A DNA stretch of 64,000 nucleotides, taken from NCBI RefSeq assembly GCF_006345805.1, contig NC_043010.1, forward strand, positions 39,432,001 to 39,496,000, written 5' to 3'. Origin of the DNA: Octopus sinensis (taxonomy: Eukaryota). This document shows positions 12,526-24,389 of this stretch, piece after piece. Positions within the stretch are counted from its first letter, which is position 1. Each line of letters opens with the position of its first letter. The position numbers were made by a program, and so were the translations under genes. The notes beneath the pieces are model-generated. The model was not told the DNA's origin. It worked only from the letters and a program-made list of their open reading frames with translations, and did no database searches.

Positions 12526-14691
12526 ATAGACAGGGTAGTTAACGAACCTGGCATGGGTGGGGCCCCTGATCAATTGGATCAATCGAAAGCCTTTGATAGG
12601 GTAGACCATCGATACTTGGAGGCAGTCCTGAGAGAGGCTGGTTTCGCGTCCCGTCTTCCGCGGCTGGATAGCTGCCTTGTACAGAGGCATCCGTTCGGTA
12701 ATTCGCGTAAATGGACATCTATCGAGACCCTTCGACATTGCAGTTCGGTCCGTCAGGGATGCCCCCTCTCGGCGCTTCTATACGTATTGACTCTTGAGCC
12801 ACTACTGCGGAAGCTGGCGACTCTGAGGGGCATCCGCGAGAATTAGGATGCGGGACGAGAGCGTGTCTGCATACGCGGACGACGTCACGTCATAGGGTCA
12901 AGCCACGAGCACATCGAGCGGGTCGGCGAGACACTGAAAGACTACGAAGGTGGTGCTGACAGGAGCAAAAATCAACGGGAAAAGTCAGTGGGCTTGCGGC
13001 TCGGCACCTGGAGAAGCAAACCCATGCCGTCCACCAGTACCTCGTCGTGGACGCTGGACAGACGGCCCGGTTGAGTTGCTCGGGGTCTGGTTCGGCTCCG
13101 GACCTCCAAATGGAGAAGAACGGAACGAAGATAACGAGTAGGGTGGTCACTCTCGCCCAGCAATGGGCGAGAGGGGAAACTGTCCCTAAAAGGTCGGGCG
13201 GAGGTGGTGAACGCGTACATCGCGTCCATCATCTACTACCGCATGACCGTCGTACCTTGTCCCGACCCTACCATCACCAAACTAGAACGCATCCTCTCCG
13301 CTTTTGTGGAAAGGATGCGTCCCGATGGTCAGGCGATCCATTTGCTGTCAACACCGTTAAAAGAGGGCTGGGCATGCGTGGTTGATGATGCGCAGACACG
13401 CGCTGAGACTGCGACATCTCCGGCTCTATGTAGACGACGGTGAACAGGTGTGGTCGCCGTTGTGAGGCACGCATTCCCGCAACTCGTCTCCATGACCGAA
13501 CTACAGTCGTGGATCAAAAAGAGGCCGAAGAAGGGCGAATGGCACCGCGAGTGTCGCGTGCTCTTCAAGCAACTCTGCCGTCCGGGTCGACTTGAGTGAC
13601 TTCAACACAACCAAAGCATTCTATAGGGATTAGTGGAGGGGAGGTACGACGACGAGCTCGGGGCAAACCTGGGCGTCGACGAGGAATACCTGACCCGCCT
13701 GTTTCAAACGACTTTCGGCCGGGGACCTATGGACAACTTCCAGAGATCCCTGGCCTGGCGTGCTTGCTACCGAGAAGCGCTACCCGTTCGGGATAAGCTC
13801 TATAGGCATGGCTCGAGAAACACGGGCCGACCTGACCGAGATGCGGGCAGAGCGACGAAACCGCTCTGCACGCAATCGTGCAGTGTCCAGCAATTTCCCA
13901 CCTGTGGGCTTATGTCGAACGACTGCTGTCACGTGTGGGACGGAGACGTGTCGGTTATCAGCCGAGTCTATCGTTAATATCGTCACGCCTCCTTCCTTCA
14001 AACGGGAAGGAAGAGCTATTTTTTCATACTTGTGGCTATGGCGAAAGAATGTATCTGGTGGACGCGTCTGAAAGGATTAGAGACAAAACACTTTCCTCTC
14101 TGGTCAATCTCTCATCAACTTCTTCAAGTATCACTTGAAGAAAAAAGTGAGAGTAGAGAGGCAAGTTTTGTCTAGTGAATGTTTTAAAAAAAGATGGGGT
14201 GAAATGTAGCAAGAATGGCACGTATGAATGACGAAGCACCTTGACTATGATTCTATGAACCGTAAAAATTAATACAGAGAGTTGCTTATTTGCAAAAAAC
14301 AAAAAAAAGAAATATAACATGTGACTTCATTGACCGAGGTTACCGTGGTCTTTTCCGTAGGCTTTTCTTTCCACGGGTAACCTCACCTGTCCCCCCTTTA
14401 CACTCATATTGACATTTCTGTGATAACGATCCCTATTGATCATTTTTTTTTCCTCTCCCCCTTTTTTTTAACCCCCCTTTTTTTTTTGTCCTCTTTCTCT
14501 CTTTTACGATCCTTTTGATCGCCCCCCCCTTTTTTATTTTATTTTTATTTTATTTTATTTTTTTCTTATTTTTTATTTTTTTTATTTTTTTTTTTTTTAT
14601 TTTTTATTTTTTTTAAACCTTCAAAAGAAAAGCTCTACTCTGTTGTAATTGTTATATCTGTGTGCAGCCCTGTGTGGCTAATAAAGAAACA
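12526..14691 (+). mobile_element. 5'-truncated Tx1/L1-clade LINE: ORF2 RT and C-terminal zinc-finger region, frameshifted, with 3' UTR
   Basis: LDQSKAFDRVDH, SVRQGCPLSALLYVLTLEPLL, SAYADDV, GAKING, LLGVWFG, AWRACYREALPVRDKL and ETALHAIVQCP across frames. GC- and CpG-rich. The 3' UTR has a hairpin (14336-14384) and a pyrimidine tract, and ends cagccctgtgtggctaataaagaaaca followed by tatctatc. Confidence 0.9.
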
Positions 14692-15573
14692 TATCTATCT
14701 ATCGATCGATCTATGTTTCTGTCTGCTTACCTATCTATCTTTCTATCTGTTTATCTCGCTCTCTCTCCTTCTACCTGCCTATCTGTCTGACTGCATGTCT
14801 GTCTGTCTATCTATCTATATATCCCTCTATCTATCAACCTATATATCTTTCTGTCTGTTTATCTGTCTCCCTCTGTGTATTTGCACATGTGCGTACGTGT
14901 GTGTGAATTTCGAGTGTATGTGAGCGTATATGTATATTATCTATACGCAAGTGTCACATACGTGTTTGTAAAATTATCTGTGGAGAGCAAATAGCTATTT
15001 ATCACTACTCCACTTCTTGTAAGCGCAGATTTCCACTGAAAGATACCAACAGGTCGCTGATAGTACCGATACATTATAACAAATAGCTTTTCATAATGAC
15101 GTTCCCACAATTTTCTGAACTAATTAAAGTCATCTCATACATAATCCAAGATGTCCGCAAGCGATTCATATAAAAAGCTTTTAGACCGGTCATTAGCACA
15201 TTTTATTCTTTTAACTTTTATTTTGATCAGAATAAATTAGTGTTCGCGTATCACATGTACTCATTCTGCTTCTCCGTATACCAGAGTTACTTGTTAACCT
15301 TTAAGCTTTCCTATTTATAATATTATTCATTATTTACTCGTACACACTTCTGTATACCGATGTATACATTCCTCCATACATATATACATACATAATATAT
15401 ACGTATATCAGTGCAAATATTTATACGTAAGTATAGGCCTTCACATATATATAACTGCAAATAAGTGTATGTGTGCCTGTCACGGTCGCGCAGACAAACA
15501 CGAAAGCACACACAGACAAACACACACGCATGCTGATACACATGCGTGTCTGTATATAAATATATATTGGAAG

Positions 15574-15631
<58 letters not shown>

Positions 15632-15653
15632 ATATATATATATATATATATAT

Positions 15654-15689
<36 letters not shown>

Positions 15690-16109
15690 TTACACATATA
15701 TCTGTATGACCATCTATGCCGATGTATATATATATATACATATGAGTGTATGCGTTTGTGTGCGCTTGTGTGTGTGCGTATGTATAAACGTATATACATT
15801 TGCATATATATATATGTGTGTTTATGTATGTCTATTTCTATGTCTGTGCCTATGTGTGTGCATATGTGTGTGCGCGTGTGTGTCTGTGTGTGTGTGTGTC
15901 TGCCTGTCTGTCTGTCTGTCTGCGTGTGTGTGTGTACGAGCGTATGTGAAATGGAGCGAAATAATTTACGGACCTTTTAGCAAGCGGTGTGACTTACGCT
16001 CCGCGTTCAAATTTTCAATTTTGTTGATGTCTCTCAAATACAACATTCGACGGTTTGAGATCGATAAGATCAATTCCATTCTAGAAGCTGGATTAGTGAA
16101 ATTATAAAA

Positions 16110-16520
16110 GCAGGAGTGGCTGTGTGGTAAGTAGCTTGCTAACCAACCACATGGTTCCGGGTTCAGTCCCACTGCGTGGCATCTTGGGCAAGTGTCTTCT
16201 GCTATAGCCCCGGGCCGACCAATGCCTTGTGAGTGGATTTGGTAGACGGAAACTGAAAGAAGCCTGTCGTATATATGTATATATATATGTATGTGTGTGT
16301 GTTTGTGTGTCTGTGTTTGTTCCCCTAGCATTGCTTGACAACCGATGCTGGTGTGTTTACGTCCCCGTCACTTAGCGGTTCGGCAAAAAGAGACCGATAG
16401 AATAAGTACTGGGCTTACAAAAAGAATAAGTCCCGGGGTTGAGTTGCTCGACTAAAGGCGGTGCTCCAGCATGGCCGCAGTCAAATGACTGAAACAAGTA
16501 AAAGAGAGAGAGAGAGAGAT
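16110..16520 (+). mobile_element. SINE family A, full length
   Basis: gcaggagtggctgtgtggtaag head, B box ggttcagtccc, internal microsatellite, tail ccagcatggccgcagtcaaatgactgaaacaagtaaaa(ga)n. Confidence 0.92.
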
Positions 16521-16748
16521 ACCGCGTGGAAATGTATATAGATTTGGAATTTAATTTTCACTCCCTCTATGAACTTAATACCTCTCGTGGCACTTCTAAA
16601 TATACCAGTCGATCCAATATATATGTATACATAAAAATGTATCCATCTATCTATCTATATATATATATCTATGTATCTAACTATCTATGCATGTGTGTGT
16701 GTGATTACACAATGTATCAAAATTATTAAAAAAAGATAATTAGTAGAA

Positions 16749-16811
16749 CACTACGATCGTTTCATGGCTGTCCAATTCGTAAAAATTCGAGTTACAGTCA
16801 TTCTTCAGGTG
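16749..16811 (-). ncRNA. Minimal type-I hammerhead ribozyme, intact core
   Basis: Minus strand cac-CTGAAGA-atgactgt..acagccat-GAAAC-gatc-GTA-gtg: stem I cac/gtg, stem II with 7 of 8 pairs, palindromic loop GATC, GUA cleavage triplet. Confidence 0.75.
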
Positions 16812-17199
16812 ATTGAATTATCTAAAATATAATCGGAAATATTTAAACAATATTTTTAAGATATAAATAATATATATAATATAATAATTTTACTTATAAT
16901 AAACTCTATTATCAAACAAGAGACATCGAACTTAACAATTATGATTATATCCAAATCGACTATAATGTTAAATATTAATTTTAATTTATAAGGTAGGAAA
17001 CCCACCCATAATCTAATATCAATATTAGTCTATATCTAATTACATAAATATTTAAAATGACTAATATATATAAATTATCAATGAAATATATAAATGTATA
17101 TAAATATTATAATTAAGATCTAAAATAATCTCTATAAATAATTGTATATGCACATATAATAAAAACCTAATAAATTTAATTTTTCATATATATATTTCA

Positions 17200-17511
17200 T
17201 TTTTAGTATCGGTTTGCAAGATTCTTTATATGAGTTCATGTATTGAAGCATATTCTGTTTTCTCTGGGGAGAGTCTTTCTCTGTTAGTGCCTTATAATTT
17301 AACACATCCACCGGTAACATTTCCACTCATTTATCTATTTTTCTAAACATTTTGTTGCGTCTGCACACCCTTTCAATAGTAGTTGAACAACTATTGAAAG
17401 TGTTGCAAGACGCAACGAAAATTTTAGATAAATAAGTAAGTAAATAAAAAGAAATTTTTCTGGAGAGTGTGTTAAATTATAAGGCGCTAAAAGAGAATGA
17501 GTCTCCCCAGA
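17200..17511. repeat. Dispersed repeat folded back into an imperfect palindrome (arms 17263-17380 and 17390-17511)
   Basis: ctggggagagtctttctctgttagtgccttataatttaacac versus the reverse complement ctggggagactcattctcttttagcgccttataatttaacac. An un-inverted homologue lies at ~52410-52570. Confidence 0.8.
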
Positions 17512-17518
17512 CACCATA

Positions 17519-17559
<41 letters not shown>

Positions 17560-17780
17560 AGGGGTGCAAAAGTAGGTATATAGTAAGCATCACATCAATC
17601 TTATAATACTTAATTTATAAAGATTTTTAGCGTGTTACATATGTTGGCCTCATTTTTGATATTTTTAGTCTCATTAATAATAATAATTCATTTATTCATT
17701 TATCACAGCTCTAATTGTATGTTTCCTTTTTTCATAACTATATCTGCGCCTCCCTGTATGTATGTATGTATATATATATA

Positions 17781-17842
<62 letters not shown>

Positions 17843-17851
<9 letters not shown>

Positions 17852-18174
17852 TGTATATAAGAAAAAGGGACAGGCAAACAGGTTGCTTGACCGCATACCG
17901 AAAAAATAGAAATAGCAGTCAAGAATGCTTATTTCTATCAAAGTTGGACTCCGGGCATGACAAACCCTGTAATTCACATATGCAAAACAGAAGGAATAGA
18001 TAACGAATACGAAGTCTGGCGGTTATCTGTGTTGCATATGTGAATTACAGGGTTTGTCATTCCCGGAGTCCAACTTTCATAGAAATAAGCATTCTTGACT
18101 GCTATTTCTATTTTTTCGGTATGCGGTCAAGCAACCTGTTTGCCTGTCCCTTTTTCTTATATACAATATATATA
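17843..18174. repeat. Near-perfect long palindrome (~140-bp arms, ~45-bp spacer) in (TA)n
   Basis: Arms 17843-17984 and 18032-18174 are reverse complements. Only two mismatches were seen by eye. Confidence 0.9.
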
Positions 18175-18285
18175 CTGAACTTTACAGAAGTTCCTGCCGG
18201 TAATCGGCTATATTTACATACCGAATTCTACCAGTAAATAATTGGGTTTTTTTTAAAAGCCTTTATAGAAATTATTTACTCTTAT

Positions 18286-18340
<55 letters not shown>

Positions 18341-20250
18341 ATTATATATATATAAGTATGTGTGTGTGTGTGTGTGAGTGTGTGTGTGTGTGTGATATAT
18401 ATACGTATGTATGAATATATCATATATCATGTATACATGCGCACATATGTGGATGTAAGTCTATGTATACCATGATATGAATGGTATACATAAGTTTTCT
18501 GACTTATGTGCACCCGTTTCTTTCATGTAAATCTCTGTAAACAATAGATCTAAAGAATGTACTGTTTGATGGAAGTATGCAATTAAACAACGATAATTGA
18601 AAGCTATTCTTTTAAAAGAAATATGCTTTCTAAATTTATTAAAATTTCGTGTATTAATTAAAGCTTATCAGTTTTCTTAAACAGAAAATAGACAGAATTT
18701 GCATTTTAATTAATATGTTAATTTAAAAGAATTGACTGTAAAACGTATGTGTGTTTATCTGAAATTAATTAGTACGTGTGGAAAATACAATTGCTATAAA
18801 TTATAATTTGATATATGTTACAACATGTATCATCTCCAAAAGAAATAATGTGAATATGTACAAATTCGAATTTGTACGACAAAATATGTATAATCTTTTT
18901 TGATATACTTACGATTTCAGAAACTCAGGGGTAGACTAGTTGTCGATTCAATCCCCTTACTTGAATGGAACTTTATTCTATCGTTTTCGGATTAGAATTA
19001 AGGGGAAAATTCGCCCTTGTGTGATGAGAAATCAGAACGTAAAGAAACGGAAAAATACCAATGAAAATTATTTGCGACCGCTTACGTTTCTGCCAGGTCT
19101 CTGGAATATAAGTAATAATTGATGGAATATAAGTAATAATTTCTTATTTAGGCACAGTCTCAAATATATGAAAGGGATCAGCGTTAGTCAGCTGAACTTG
19201 CTCCAATAATATTCTGATATATTATCATTCAAAACAGTGGACTGAATTGCTGATATTAGCACAATGAATCTTGAACCCAGAACGTAAGGTTTGAGAAGGG
19301 CAATACAGAAATTGATAGATTCTAATTTAGGTACAAAGTCAGCACACTTCTGAAGGCAGAAGTGGTGAATACCATTGGCCCCAGTATTTGACTTGTATAA
19401 TATTTTATCAGTCCTGAGAGGATGAAAATAATCACAAGGCAAGATTTATGTGAAATGAAATAACGTTCATTTAGAAAGAATTAAAAAGTTTTAAAATATA
19501 GAAGATACTATATAGTAGCTAAAATGTACAAATACGTAAAACATGAATGAAGTTACGATATTGTTTAGTGCTCTTTGGAAACTGTAATGCGAATCCATTT
19601 AAACTACACGGGGTTAACAATATCAATTTACTATATATTTAAACATTAGAGTATTCTAATCAAAACACACACTTAACTTAAAATAACAATATCTGTTACA
19701 GATTTCGGTCATATCAGGAAAAATTATCCTGGTACATTGTATTTTTTTTATTTTAATGATAATATTTTATAGCCAGACACTGTTATTATTTTATAAAATA
19801 TAAAAATATATTATATTAAATAAAAAGCAACCGTTTAAAAGTGCATATATCGGACTATAACATAGAATATCAATTAATATAATTAGCATTAAAATGGCTT
19901 AAAATAAGTATACATGAAACGGGAGAAAAATCGAAATATAAAAGGCGTTTACGTGTACATGTACAATATTGTGCAATGTGAAATGATTAATCGGTTTAAA
20001 AGTTTGTAATTAGTTTAATTAATAAGTTGACTGCAATAACATAAATTTAATGAAGCATAATAAATTGATGACATCGCTAGAATTTGTAGCCTGTGAATTC
20101 AATAATTAAACAAAAATTAATAAATGGAAGGATAATAATTACGTCTCAGTTTAAACAATTAAGTACATGTATTATTATTTTGAACACTAACAGAACCAAA
20201 GAACTGCGTTTATAAGTTGCTAATGTGTGTCGTTTTTAATGTATTACTGA

Positions 20251-22910
20251 AGGTAGTTTTTAAAGAATCCATTCATAATAAATTTTTTTAAGTAGTGTTG
20301 GTTTGCTACGTGGATATAGTTTTTAGTTCCATTTATTCTATTTCTCCATTCATAATTTAAATGACGTTTACTTTCTATGGCGCGTATTCTTTTTTTTTTT
20401 TTTTTTTTTTCCATAAGTTATTTCTATGGTAACCTAATTGTGGTTTGGTTTTTTTAACGGATAAGAATTTAATTTCACTTCATAATTTGAAACTGACTTG
20501 TAAGTATGTCTTTTATTTATCCTTATATCATATTGTTATTTTTGATATTCTGGTTAATTACGATGTATTTAATGTTGTTTTCATAGGAGTGTTTATGTAT
20601 GTGAGATTGTGTGTGAGTTTTTAGTTGTATAATTTATTTATCTGTATGAGTGTGGGTGTGTAAATATTGTTGTATATATCGAGTTTAGTGAGTATGTATA
20701 TGCGTATATGTGAGGGAGTATATGTATCTGTTGTGTGTGTGTGTTTTGCGTGTGTGTGTGTTTGTGTGTGAATGTGTATATGGGCTTGTTATTTAGGTTT
20801 TGGGATGTATGTGTTAATTTGTCTGTGTGGGGAGGGAGTGGGTTTTGGTGTATATTGAGGTTTATAAGTTAGTATAGGTATGTATATAAGTCGTGGGTCT
20901 GTGGTTTACGTGTGTGTATTTGTGTGTGAATGTTTAGGTTAGGGGGATTGCTATATAGGTTTGTTATAGAGTTTGGCAAAGGGAGATTTTATCGTTATAT
21001 GTTTTTATGAGCTTTGGTTTATCATGTTTTTTTTAGGGAATTCGTGGTAATTTGTCTATTTTCGATGTTGGTTGTTTTATTACATTGTTTCATTCATAAT
21101 TTTTGAGTGGTGTTCGTTTTGCCACGTGAATAACCGGGTGGTGGACTAGCGTTGTTTGGAATTGTGAATGGAATAGTGTAGTAGTGAGGTAGGCATAGAG
21201 AATGGGTTTGGGTTACTGCAAGTTGTTTGTTAGAGCTGCTAAGGTGAGCTAAAGCTCATAAATGTATATAATGATTTTTCATGGTAGTTTTTAAAGAATC
21301 CATTCATAATAAATTTTTTAAGTAGTGTTGGTTTGCCACGTGGATATAGTTTTTAGTTCCATTTATTCTTTTTCTCCATTCATAATTTAAATGACGTTAC
21401 TTTCCATGGCGCGTATTCTTTTTTTACATAAGTTATTTCTATGGTAACGTAATTTTGGTTTGATTTTTTTAACGGATAAGAATTTAATTTCACTTCATAA
21501 TTTGAAACTGACTTGTAAGTATGTCTTTTATTTATCCTTATGTCATATTGTTATTTTTGATATTCTGGTTAATTACGATGTATTTAATGTTGTTTTCATA
21601 GGAGTGTTTATGTATATTAGTTTGTGTGTGAGTTTTTAGTTGTATAATTTATTTATCTTTATGAGTGTGGGTGTGTAAATATGTTGTATATATCGAGTTT
21701 AGTGAGTATGTATATGGGTATATGTGAGGGAGTATATGTATCCGTTGTGTGTGTGTGTTTTGCGTGTGTGTGTGTTTGTGTGTGAATGTGTATATGGGTT
21801 TGTTATTTAGGTTTTGGGATGTATGTGTTAATTTGTCTGTGTGGGGAGGGAGTGGGTTTTGGTGTATATTGAGGTTTATAAGTTAGTATAGGTATGTGTA
21901 TAAGTCGTGGGTCTGTGGTTTACGTGTGTGTATTTGTGTGTGAATGTTTAGGTTAGGGGGATTATTATATAGGTTTGTTATAGAGTTTAGCAAAGGGAGA
22001 TTTTATCGTTATATGTTTATAAGAGTTTTGGTTTATCATGTTTTTTTTTAGGGAATTCGTGGTAATTTGTCTATTTTCGATGTTGGTTGTTTTATTACAT
22101 TGTTTCATTCTAAATTTTGAGTGGTGTTCGTTTTGCCACGTGAATATTATTTTTAATTCCATTTATTCCATTTCTCCATTCATTAATTTAGAGATGTTCG
22201 TTTCCAGAGCGGTTATACTTTTTATACATATGTTAAGTTCCTTGGTAAAGTAATTTTGTTTGGTGTATATGTTGAGGCTTATATGTACTTGTGGGTGTGT
22301 GTGAGTGGGGTGGGTGTTTGTATTTGTTATGGGTGTGTGGTTTACGTGTGTGTTTTTGTGTGTGAATGTATAGGTTAAAGGGATTGCTATATAAGTATGT
22401 TATAGTGTTTAGTAAAGGGAGGTTTTATCATTTATGTTTTGTGAGTTTTAGCTTATCATGGTAGTTTTATAAAAGAATCCATTCATAATTTTTGTGTTTA
22501 TTTGTCTGTGTGGGGTTGAGTGGGTTTTTGGAGTATATGTTGAGGTTTATATGTATGTATAGGTATGTGTAAGTGGTGTGGGTATTTGTATATGTCGTGG
22601 GTGTGTGGTTTACGTGTGTGTATTTGTGTGTGAATGTTTAGGTTAGGGGGATTGCTATATAGGTATGTTATAGAGTTTAGTAAAGGGAGATTTTATCATT
22701 ATATGTTTTTATGAGTTTTGGTTTATCATGGTATGTTTGTTAAGGAATTCGTAGTAATTTGTGTCTATTTGCGATGTCTGTTGTTTTATTGCATTGTTTC
22801 ATTCATAATTTTTAAGTAGTGTTCGTTTTTACCAAGTGAATATAATTTTTAATTCCATTTATTCCATTTCTCCGTTCATAGTTTTGAGTGATGTCCGTTT
22901 TCTAGAGCGT
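20251..22910 (+). repeat. Long G/T-skewed tandem array: two ~870-bp near-identical units plus older sub-repeats
   Basis: 20251-21131 is similar to 21283-22146. Shuffled, more diverged sub-units follow at 22146-22910 (e.g. gtttacgtgtgtgtatttgtgtgtgaatgtttaggttagggggattg recurring). The plus strand is strongly C-poor. Confidence 0.85.
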
Positions 22911-23352
22911 GAATGTGGGTTGTATGTGTGTGTGTGGGAGTATGAATAAGTATTGTGTTGAAGTATTTAGCTATTTTATTTATTTATAGTTGCCTAGACG
23001 TTTTTATGTGTATGTATAGGGATATATATATAGGTGTGTGATTTAGTGTATGTAGTTAGATATGGTTATATATAATTAGGTATATGTGTATGGGTGTATA
23101 TATAGTTTATTATTATATTATTATTATTTTTTTGTTTTGTTTTATATTTTATATTTTATATTTTATATTTTATAGTTTATATTTAATTGTTGATAGGTTT
23201 TTTTTAGTTTATATATTGTTTATATATTGATTATATATGGATTATATATAGGTTATATATGGATTATATACTTATATTTTTTCATTCATACTTTAATTAT
23301 TTTAAAATTATTATTTTTATATTTTAAAATATTGATTTTTTAGATTGGAAGT

Positions 23353-23395
23353 CCACCTGAAGATTGTCGATCAAGACAAGAAACGATTGTAGTGG
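23353..23395 (+). ncRNA. Minimal type-I hammerhead ribozyme, intact core
   Basis: ccac-CTGAAGA-ttgtc-gatcaa-gacaa-GAAAC-gatt-GTA-gtgg: perfect 4-bp stem I, perfect 5-bp stem II, GUA triplet. Same family as 16749-16811. Confidence 0.82.
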
Positions 23396-23567
23396 CGGTT
23401 TTTTTGACTATTTATTAAAATTTTATGTATTGATTAAGTCTTTCCTTGTTTGTTTTGCAAAATAGTGGTTTTGTCTCTAATAATATTTTATAATATTTTA
23501 CTATAAAATTGGATTTAATCCTAAATCTGATTTTTTTCCCTGTAAATTTGGATTTATTCCCTAATAT

Positions 23568-23598
<31 letters not shown>

Positions 23599-24159
23599 TT
23601 ATATATATATATATATATATAAGAGCAAACTATTTTCCTTTTATTGGTTCTGGCTGGCCCCAAATAACTTTGCTCAGAGCATTAAATATTTGGGGAGAAA
23701 GTAAGCGAATGTGTACGACAACAAAGAAAAAGACGAAAAAAACTAAAAAGGGACAAAATTGACAGTTACAAATGCGAGCAACAAGAAAATAACACTTGTC
23801 TTCTTCGTGTGTGTGTGTATATGTATGTGTAACGGTGATGAAATTATTTAAGAATCGATGTTAATCTTTTTCTCTGATTTTGTATATATTTTCCTCTTTG
23901 GGGATTGACAAATTTCTCCTTTGTTTTTGCAATGCTCTAATCTCGTGCCTAAGTATATTTCTATGAAAGTTTTGATTTTCATCGGCGAAACTAGAACTTT
24001 TTCATCAGATGAAAAAAAAAAGAAATTCATTTCTAATGCATCAAATAATTTACCTATGCTAACACACGTGCTCATTTACGCCCCCCTCTCTCTCCCTTTA
24101 GTTCTCTCTCTCTGTCTCTTTCACACGCATGCACAAACACACAAGTACACGCACATATA

Positions 24160-24389
24160 TTTCTTTACTACCCATAAGGAGCTAAACACAGAGGGGACAA
24201 ACAAGGACAGACAAACGGATTAAGTCGATTACATCGACCCCAGTGCGTAACTGGTACTTAATTTATCGACCCCGAAAGGATGAAAGGCAAAGTCGACCTC
24301 GGCGGAATTTGAACTCGGAACGTAACGACAGACGAAATACGGCTACGCATTTCGCCCGGCGCGCTAACGTTTCTGCCAGCTCGCTGCCT
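24160..24389 (-). mobile_element. SINE family B, full length, tail type 2
   Basis: Head aggcagcgagctggcagaaacgttagc, B box gagttcaaattcc, core gcctttcatcctttcggggtcgataaa, tail tctgtgtttagctccttatgggtagtaaagaaat. Confidence 0.9.

Noticed and set aside
20251-22910. Repeat array considered as CRISPR-like or as a coding repeat
   Set aside because: Units are long, nested and lack unique spacers, the context is eukaryotic, and reading frames are interrupted.
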